64,000 bases of DNA from Chlorokybus atmophyticus (lineage: Eukaryota; Plantae; Mesostigma and Chlorokybus algae): assembly GCA_009103225.1 (NCBI GenBank), contig RHPI01002568.1, positions 75,742 through 139,741 of the forward strand, written 5' to 3'. Every line of letters starts with the position of its first letter. Position 1 is the first letter of the stretch. The position numbers and the translations under genes are program-made. Positions 56,135 through 64,000 of this stretch are shown piece after piece. The notes under the pieces were generated by a model. It ran no database searches. It had not been told where the DNA came from and was given only the letters and a program-made list of their open reading frames with translations.

Positions 56135-56498
56135 TGACATCGACATCGACACCATGCGGCCACAGCTTGTTGCCAACAGGCACCCACCGTGAGTGCCAGT
56201 GCGTGACGCCAACTTCCTCACCGCCTCCTCCCCCGTGACCACACATGTGCCTGTCCGCCATCCGCCCAAGGTCCAAGTAGTGCGCACAAAAGGACACGGA
56301 TGCACACGCACACACAAGTTCACACATGCAGGCACGTGCGTTTGCACATACAGCACGCCTTGAATGCTGTGGCTCCATGAACGTCAACGCTTGGTCCAGT
56401 CAGACCTTTGATATGGTGCCCACATGTAGAGTGTCTCCTTTTCTGCGTGCCGCTACCACCAGCATCAATACCGGTACCATGCTCGCTTTGCCATTACC
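56135..56498 (+). repeat. Second copy of 49931-50294, ending at a single N (56499)
   Basis: Apparent identity and adjacency to a scaffold joint. Confidence 0.9.
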
Positions 56499-57110
56499 NG
56501 CATACACACGTCACACTGCGACAGGCTAAGCTTAACCTTCAGGCTTAACCGATCAACAGACGACCACACCATTGACGCACGTATGCCATGCTAGCAGCAA
56601 CCTGCAGTATACATACGTAGTCGCACACATCACACAACAGTCACGGCCAGCGCGCTGCGTCACGGAAGGAAGAGCGTTCATTGCTCATGAATGCTCTTCC
56701 TTCCCGCACAGCCATATAATGGTCAATGTCTGCGCACCAGCAAGTAGTCGGCAAGGAAGGGGGCGGAGCGAACACGGTAGATAGGGTGGCGGCGGCGGCG
56801 GTGAGAGAGGGGACATGGGGATGGGGATGGGCGGGGGCGGGGAGGTGATGGGAGGGGGTTGAGAGCACCCTCTGGTATGGCGGCGGCAGCTGCCATGGCC
56901 TGACCAGGCTTCGCCCGCAGTTCATGGCGGCCAGACTTCGGGCTCCGACAGCCGTTCGATCCGGTCACCCTGGCTGGATCCGACGGTCTAGTTTTGGCGC
57001 AGCGGCTTTGTAGCCGTTGGGGGCAGCGGTGGCGGCCAGCAACGGCGGCGCTGGCATTCTGGTGCTTGTGGCGGTGGGGGAAGGTTGTGGGAGGGGTGGT
57101 TGTGCCGTGG

Positions 57111-57447
57111 GTGAGCGTCATGCACTAGCTGAGCGGGCCTGTCTTGGGCATCCGCGGTGAGGCTGTGTGTGTGTGATTGCAAGCCCTGGCATAGTTGCCT
57201 TCTCCTGCGCCGACCTGGGTGATTGTGCTGTGGGTGAGCTTTATGCACTAGCTGAGCGCGCCTGTCTTGGGCATGCGCGGTGAGGCTGTGTGTGTGTAAT
57301 TGCAAGCCTTAGCATAGTTGCCTTCTCCTGCGCCGACCTGGGTGATTGTGCTGTGGGTGAGCTTTATGCACTAGCTGAGCGCGCCTGTCTTGGGCATGCG
57401 CAGTGAGGCTGTGTGTGTGTAATTGCAAGCCTTAGCACAGTTGCCTT
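57111..57447 (+). repeat. About 2.7 tandem ~123-bp monomers upstream of LINE ORF1
   Basis: Units restart at GTGAGC at 57111, 57234 and 57357. Confidence 0.9.
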
Positions 57448-57497
57448 TCCGACGTCTACTTGCAGCGTCGTATAGTTGTTTGGGGTAGTGCTATTCT

Positions 57498-60350
57498 ATG
57501 GACGGGGGTGGTAATCAGCCTCCATCACCAGCGCACAGCCCCGGGCAGAGTATGGCTTGGACTTCAGCAGACCCAGCACATCCGCTTTTGCTGGCACGTC
57601 CCGCTTTGCCAAAACTGCAGGCCACGACAGGGGTTTCCACAGGGAACCCCCAACTCACAGATAAGTTGGTAGCTGAATTTTCCTCTCGTGCGGACGCAAT
57701 ACTTGCTGAGTCTTCTCATGCTAGCCACTTGCACGTCACCATTGCTAGCCAGCACTTTGAAGACTGGACCATTCAGTTGCGCAGTCGTACGTTGATCTTC
57801 CGCTTTGCATACAATCCAGCCTTGTCATCAGCAAATGCAGTCCGGTTGGCATGGCTAGACCGCGTTTGCACAGATGGGGAAGGGGGCAGTTTAGTCTCGG
57901 CAACATATCAACAACAAGGGGGAGAGTTTCAATGTATGTTCTCCTCCATTGCAAGGGCTGAGCGGCTCCTGGCCCAAGCCACATCTGGTCAACTCCCGCA
58001 TTGCAATGGGCACCCGGTGCGCGTGTCGAAGTGGGAGCCACCTGAAATCACCCGTTTTTTGATCTCTTTTTTTGGAGCAAAGCCAGAGGTGATCCCATTT
58101 CTCCGTGCGGCGCTTCGCCCGTATGGGTTGTTGGGCGGTGCTCTTCAAGCAGGCAGGAACGCACCTCACTTCACCACGCAGGCCACGAGGTATCGCTTCA
58201 CTCCAGCTTCAGGCAAACAGTTGCCAGAGAGGATTTCTTTCACTGTGCAAGACGCCGGTGGGAAGACCTCACAAACCATTGAGATCCTCACCCCGCACTC
58301 TCCTCCTACGTGTTACCTGTGCAGACAGCAAGGTCACACCCGCTTGGCTTGTCCGCTCCGTCCTCTTCCGACACAACCGCAACCTCCTTCGGGACATGTT
58401 GCAGCTGCTGGCTCCCAGGCAGAGGCAGAGGAGTGGACCACTGTTGGCTCCCGCTCAGCGATGCGCCTGAGCAAGCAACAGCAGGCCAGAGCGACTCTCG
58501 CAGCGGCGCCTCATGCTGCACGCCCTGCGCCAGAAGTGCCACCTGTGCCAACTGCCCCCTCTCCCCAAAGCCAGCTGTTGCAGCAGCCCTCAGCTTCAGG
58601 AGGGGTACGCAACGGTGCCCTCTCCAAGCCCTCGCCTGCAACAACGTTGCCCCCGGTGCGTGTCAGTCCGCCTTCGAAGAAGTTGGGCAAGGGGGTTCGC
58701 TTGACCATGGCGGCCAAGCAAGGAGCGAAGCTTCGCTCAACGGTGAAGTCTGCATCCCTCCCGGCTCCACCTTCCTCACTGCCTAATCAGGCGCTTCTAC
58801 AAGCCTGGCTGCAGCAGTCTGCGGAGCCCAGCGTTCACTCGGGCCAGCTTTCTGCGCACGAAGCTAAGGAGAACCCTACGCACAATGCACCTCCCCATGC
58901 TGCTGCCGGTGGCCAACACCTGCTGGAGGTGCGAGAGGGTCCGGATGCGCCACCCGCTTCAGTGGAGCAACACCCTCCGGCGCTGCTATGCACACCTCGT
59001 CGTTCTCAGCTCCCCCCCTCCATGGAGGTGTCCCCAGCCCGCAGCTGGTACGATATCGTGGAGGTGGAAGAAGCTGCTGGTTCCACCCTCCATGAGCTTG
59101 CACCTATGACAGACCCACCACTCACCTCTCCTATGGCGGATGCGGAGCCAGGTGATGAGGACAGGGTGCATCAGGCTCTTCAACAGCTGTTCCCGGAACA
59201 GATGGAGCTACACGGCCGCTCCACAACTAAGCTGCGAGTCGTCCCGGTGGTGCTGCATGGCCCTCTTGCTCACCCGCACCAGTCTCGCCTGCTTCTCACT
59301 GATGTGGGGCAGGCCTCCGGTTTGCACGTGGGCTCCAATGATTCATCTCTGCTGCATTCTCACTCTGCGGAGCACTTCTTGCGTGTCTCTTTGCGGCGAA
59401 CGCTGGAGAAGCTGCACTATCCGCTCAACAGCTCCATGGAGGAAATGGAGTTGGACTATGCAGTGTCGAACACGATGGCCGTGAGAGGGACGGGCTCCCG
59501 GGCAGACACTGTGTACCTGTTGTGCATTCTCCTGCCTAACGATGGCCAATACACCCCCCGCAAGAAACTGCAAAAATGGAGTCGCGTTGATGAATGGGCG
59601 GCACAGGTGACGGCGATGCCCTCCTCCTCGGGCTCCCTGGCGACGCAGCTGTGGCAGTGCATTCACGAGTGGCAGGAGCAACGGCAAGAGAACGGCGTTG
59701 CCTCGTACCTCTCCCCTCCTTCATCTCTCCCACCAACCGGCGTCACACCCTCGACCTCTGCGCGCTCGGTTGTGAAGAGGCTGTTCCCGCCTTTGCAAGA
59801 AGATGTGCTTGCGTCTCCCACCTCCCCTCGCCGACAAGGAACACGGGTGCGCACTACCTCCCCGCTGCAGTATACCACAACTCTGGCGCTGGTGCTGCGT
59901 TGCGCAGCGAGCCGATGGTGGCTGGGCGTCTGCCGCACTTTGCCAGAAACAGCAACTCCCTTCACCCTTCCCTCCATTCGGGCCCCAACACTGAGCTCCT
60001 CTGATGAGCTCTCCCGGCAGGCGGCAGAGACTGCGTTGGGGGTTCCCTCCTCTTCGCAATGGCGCCAGTGGGAGACGGCGTCCAGTGCGCTGGCAGCTGT
60101 GCTGAATGCGGAGATGGCGGTTAGCGTCTGGACGCTGCAGCAGCCTGGTGACCCAGACACCTTGGTGCTCAACTCGGGCATGCAAGCGGACGCGGCGTGG
60201 CTGGATCTGGCGCTTCTCCCACGCGTGGCGTCAGGCCCAGCCTCATTGCTGGACGCCGTCTCACTCCGTATCTGGCAGGCAGGCCGCCAGCAGCTACATC
60301 AGCTTGGCAACTTCCGGCGGGGGTGGATGCGTCACTCTTGCTCGCCATAG
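57498..60350 (+). CDS. LINE ORF1, 950 aa
   Basis: Open frame; CYLCRQQGHTRLAC knuckle after an RRM-like region; Pro/Ser/Ala-rich linker; unexplained C-terminal ~400 aa. Confidence 0.8.
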   Translation: MDGGGNQPPSPAHSPGQSMAWTSADPAHPLLLARPALPKLQATTGVSTGNPQLTDKLVAEFSSRADAILAESSHASHLHVTIASQHFEDWTIQLRSRTLIFRFAYNPALSSANAVRLAWLDRVCTDGEGGSLVSATYQQQGGEFQCMFSSIARAERLLAQATSGQLPHCNGHPVRVSKWEPPEITRFLISFFGAKPEVIPFLRAALRPYGLLGGALQAGRNAPHFTTQATRYRFTPASGKQLPERISFTVQDAGGKTSQTIEILTPHSPPTCYLCRQQGHTRLACPLRPLPTQPQPPSGHVAAAGSQAEAEEWTTVGSRSAMRLSKQQQARATLAAAPHAARPAPEVPPVPTAPSPQSQLLQQPSASGGVRNGALSKPSPATTLPPVRVSPPSKKLGKGVRLTMAAKQGAKLRSTVKSASLPAPPSSLPNQALLQAWLQQSAEPSVHSGQLSAHEAKENPTHNAPPHAAAGGQHLLEVREGPDAPPASVEQHPPALLCTPRRSQLPPSMEVSPARSWYDIVEVEEAAGSTLHELAPMTDPPLTSPMADAEPGDEDRVHQALQQLFPEQMELHGRSTTKLRVVPVVLHGPLAHPHQSRLLLTDVGQASGLHVGSNDSSLLHSHSAEHFLRVSLRRTLEKLHYPLNSSMEEMELDYAVSNTMAVRGTGSRADTVYLLCILLPNDGQYTPRKKLQKWSRVDEWAAQVTAMPSSSGSLATQLWQCIHEWQEQRQENGVASYLSPPSSLPPTGVTPSTSARSVVKRLFPPLQEDVLASPTSPRRQGTRVRTTSPLQYTTTLALVLRCAASRWWLGVCRTLPETATPFTLPSIRAPTLSSSDELSRQAAETALGVPSSSQWRQWETASSALAAVLNAEMAVSVWTLQQPGDPDTLVLNSGMQADAAWLDLALLPRVASGPASLLDAVSLRIWQAGRQQLHQLGNFRRGWMRHSCSP

Positions 60351-60430
60351 GCGCGGAGGCTGGCGACAGCGGTGAAGTGCCTCATCACGCTGTCTTTGGC
60401 CTTGCGCACCATTGAGGCTACCTCCTACTT

Positions 60431-63400
60431 ATGCAATCTCTTAAACTATCGTCGTGGAATGTGCGTGGCCTTCATGGTCAGCGTCGGGCTTTTGGCATGA
60501 GCAAGCGGGGGCTGCTCAGGTCCAGGATTAGAGATTGGGGCAGCCTTGTCAACCATGCTATATTTCTGCAAGAAACCAAGCTTGGTTCCACAGGAGATGA
60601 TCTATGGCTCCGCAAGTTCTGGAGGGGCTAATCAGTTTGGGCGCCAGCTGACGGAGGCCGAGGAGGAACCGCCATCCTCTACCCCTCCTCATGGAGCCCT
60701 CACGTTACTGCGGAAGGGGTGGCAGTGCCAGGACGGTGCTGTTGGCTGATGCTGAATTGGGAGGGCGGCTCCCTCCTCCTTCTTAATGTTTATGCACCCA
60801 ACACAACGGGGGAGAGGGAAGTTTTCTTTGAGCAACTGGACCAGTCCCTTCCAGATGCAGACTGGTGCATTGCGGGAGGTGATTGGAACTGGGTGGGAGA
60901 CGAAGACTTGGACCGCACTCACCCCTCCTCTGCACCTACCTTGTCGGAGCTAGCGGCCTTTGAACGCCTTGCAGGGAGGTACGCTTGGGAGGATTCCTAC
61001 AGAGTATGCCAACCATCTGTACGGGAGTATACTTGGTCGAATGGCCGGGCTGGGGAGGAGCGCCGGGCTGCACGGCTTAATCGCTTCTACATCTCCCAAT
61101 GCCTGCGGACGTCGTTGGCGGACCATGTGGTTCGCACGGGGGAAGTGCTGTCCGACCATAAACCCGTTACCCTTACTCTGCGCGCTGCCTCGGGCATCCG
61201 GAAGGGTCCAGGGCTTTGGAAACTTGATCCCTCCCTTCTGGGTGACGCACAGTTTTGCTCAGATGTGGAGGAGCTGTGGGCTTTGCACAGAGACACTCGG
61301 CCAGCAGGCGATTCCTATGTTGAATGGTTTGAGGAGGGATTGGCACGGCTGGCACAGCTGGCGCAGCAGCATGAGCACCGTCGCAAAGAGCTACGCCGCA
61401 AGGAAGAACGTACGCTCCGTGTTCTGCTAGAATCTGCGGAACAAGCCTTGGCACTGAACCCGTGCAACCCAACACTGCAGCAAGACGCTACCTCTATCAC
61501 TACGGGCTTGAAGGAGCTGGAAGAGCGCCACCTGGAGGGGGCCTTCATACGCCATGCCAACCGCTGGCGCCTTGAGGGCGAGCGCATGACAAAATTCTTT
61601 TTCGCAGCGGGCAAGCAGGCGCGCCTGTCCTCTCTCCTACACTCGGTCACTTACTCCGTGGAACATCACTCCCCACCGCTGCTGGAAGCACCCGCTATAC
61701 TGGAGGCCACCGCAGCATACTACAAACACCTCCTTTCTTCCTCACCCTCTAACCCGGGGGAGAAGCAGGCTGCGTTGCGCAAGTGTGTAGCAGTCACCAC
61801 CCGAGTGTTGGACGAGGATGCGGCCGTTGAGCTCGACGAACCCATCACTAAGGAAGAGCTACATCAGGCATTGCGGAGCATGGAGCCCCATCATGCCCCC
61901 GGAGAGGATGGACTCACCGCTCATTTCTGGCAGCACATGTGGCCGGTGTTAGGGGAAGAGTACTATGAGTACTGCCAGCATGTCTTGCGCAGAGGCTCCA
62001 TGGGGGCATCGCAACGCAAAGGCATCATCACCATTCTACACAAGAAAGGCACGGTGTCGGACCTCAGGAACTGGCGGCCCATCACACTCCTTACTATACA
62101 CCATAAAATTCTAGCGAAAGCTTTTTCCCGAAGATTTGCCCCGCTTCTGCCAGAGGTTCTTGCGGAGGAGCAGACCGGTTTTGTGCAGCATCGGTACATA
62201 CTGGACAACGTGCTCACTGCCATGGATGCCCTCTCCCATGCCCAAGACTCCCGGCAACGCGCGGCCCTGCTTCTGCTGGACTTCGAGAAAGCTTTCGATC
62301 GGCTGGACTGGGATTTCCTGGACGCCATCATGAAAGCCCAAGGCTTCGGCCCTCCTCTGCGTAGCTGGATACGGTGCATGAATGGAGGGGGAGAGAGCTC
62401 GGTTTTGGTTGACGGGTATGTTTCCGACCCCTTCTTCTTGCAGCGCAGCGTGAGGCAAGGCTGTCCTATGGCCCCATCTCTTTTTGTACTTGCTACGGAG
62501 GCTCTGGGTTCTCTGCTTCGCGCTGATCCTCGCATCCGAGGCCTTCAGCTTCCCAAGGAGGAAGGGCCCGTGGAGGAGGAGACTGCGGAGGTGAAGTACT
62601 TTGCATTCGCGGACGACACATCTGTTATTTTGCAGCTCACGGAGGAATGCTTTGAAGCTTTCACGTCGGCCATCTCCACATACTGTTTGGCGTCTGACTC
62701 CTTACTTAACCTTCACAAGAGTGTGGGCCTACTGATGGGTCCTTCCACGGGCTCCCCCCCTCCCGATTGGGGAGTACGTTGGCTGGACCCCACTGACTCT
62801 GCTACGCTACTTGGTGTACCTATGGGCACCACCCTGCAACATCAGCAGCTGTTCACAGGAGTCCTGGAGAAGATTCAGGGCCGCCTCAACCTGTGGTCCA
62901 AGCAGTACCTGTCTCTCATGGGCAGAGCTCTTGTGATCAACCAGACAGTGTTGGCCTGCCTCTGGTACATTGCTGCGGTCGCTCGCCCAGACTGTCAGGA
63001 CCTGCGTCAACTGCGGAAGGCCAGCACCTCCTTGCTCTGGCGTTCATCGCGGGAGGATGCCCCCCCCGCAATGCGTGGCAGAGTCAGTTGGGAAGTCTTG
63101 TGCCTTCCTCGCGGCGAAGGTGGCCTGGGCATTCTTGACCCAGCCACTCAGACCAGAGCCCTCCTCGCTAAGTGGGCGTCGCGCCTAGCTGATCCCACCT
63201 GGGCCCCTTGAAAAACTCTGGGACACGCCCAGCTACGCAAGTGGGCTACTGATCCTCGCTACCCAGAAGTACAGTGGCTACCTCCAGCTGCTGTGCTGCA
63301 CGCCGAAGGTCTTCCTTTGCACGGAGGTGTCTCGCCACATTGGCACTATATTCTACGCAGCTGGCTGGCTGTTCGCCCTCCGGTTGCGCAGCAACCCGTC

Positions 63401-64000
63401 AACTATGACGAGGTGCTGCGCCAACCTCTTTTTTACAACGGCCTCCTCCGGACCACAGACGGTAAGGTCCTTGGCAAGGGCCAGTCTCATGGACACTACC
63501 TGCCATGGGCGGCTGCTGGGTTCCATCGTGTGGCTGACTTGTGGGATGAGCTCTTGCGTCGGCCGTACACCCCAGATGAACTCAGCAGATGGGTCCCTGA
63601 CCACACAGCTCCCCGCCTGCAGAACCTCTGGGCGGTGATCCCCGCGTCTTGGAAAGCGCTTCTACAGGCGGGTCCAGGACGTCCCAAGCCAGGGGAGTGG
63701 TGGGCCCCAGCTTCTCCGGAGGGTGTCATCACACATGTTCTGCACGTCACGGGGGCAACACTGGCAGAATGCCAGGGCACCTTGTTTCGCCTGAGTGGCA
63801 AGGAAGCGGTGACACTGGACTCCTCAACTGAGCAGTTGCATGTGCCAGTATACACGCTTGTGCGGGTTCGGGTTCTTCCACCCCCGAAAAGATGGAGGCG
63901 TTCCCCCGCGCCCGTCACCAAGGATTGGCAAGCGCTGCCAGACTCCTCCAAGTACGGCGGATGGATTGCTGCTAGCAAAGCCCCGCTTTCATCGCTGCAC
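60431..64000 (+). pseudogene. LINE ORF2 (APE endonuclease + RT) with two in-frame stops
   Basis: SWNVRGL, LQETK, NVYAPN, GGDWN, SDHKPV, PGEDG, WRPITLL, DFEKAFD, RQGCP, FADD; stops at 60629-60631 (TAA) and 63209-63211 (TGA), with the frame preserved across both. Confidence 0.9.

Larger units (their letters stand above)
57111..64000 (+). mobile_element. L1/Tx1-clade non-LTR retrotransposon, 3' end beyond the window, 5' boundary uncertain
   Basis: ORF1 with CCHC knuckle followed by an APE-RT ORF2. Confidence 0.9.

Noticed and set aside
10408-63211. Alternative genetic code (TAA/TAG = Gln) to explain the many in-frame stops
   Set aside because: Several stops replace expected Trp codons, TGA stops also occur, and real ORFs end in TAG or TAA (pol 28812, LINE ORF1 60350, GBP 46937; the decayed integrase ends in TAA at the equivalent position).

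Overview
Eukaryotic, intron-containing, moderately GC-rich DNA, most likely from a green alga (inferred from element types and intron style). There are three long N gaps and one single N. The first ~35 kb is a nest of transposable elements. It contains two copies of one Ty3/gypsy lineage: a near-intact copy at 18868-29934 (+) and a decayed, multiply interrupted copy at 4487-~17670 (-). Both carry a DNMT3-like cytosine methyltransferase between protease and RT and a PHD finger at the end of integrase. Their termini are not ordinary LTRs but split direct repeats (B...A-gc-B-A) with a palindromic internal junction. The near-intact copy has a 4-bp TSD, no recognisable tRNA primer site, and a 15-nt self-complementarity that fits Tf1-style self-priming. 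This is the most interesting system in the window. Also present: a full-length but stop-ridden Ty1/copia element, five TSD-flanked solo LTRs, an En/Spm-like transposase that can be reassembled by removing its insertions, and a DIRS/PAT-type element with an antisense tyrosine recombinase and a Dam-like domain. The right half holds two divergent GBP-like GTPase genes (one with an apparent 240-bp coding inversion), two copies of a small orphan gene that may be virus-like, a damaged secreted NIDO-PKD-EGF gene, and an L1/Tx1-type LINE running off the window end. No rRNA, tRNA or CRISPR array could be supported. All domain calls are from motif recognition by eye; no database searches were run.
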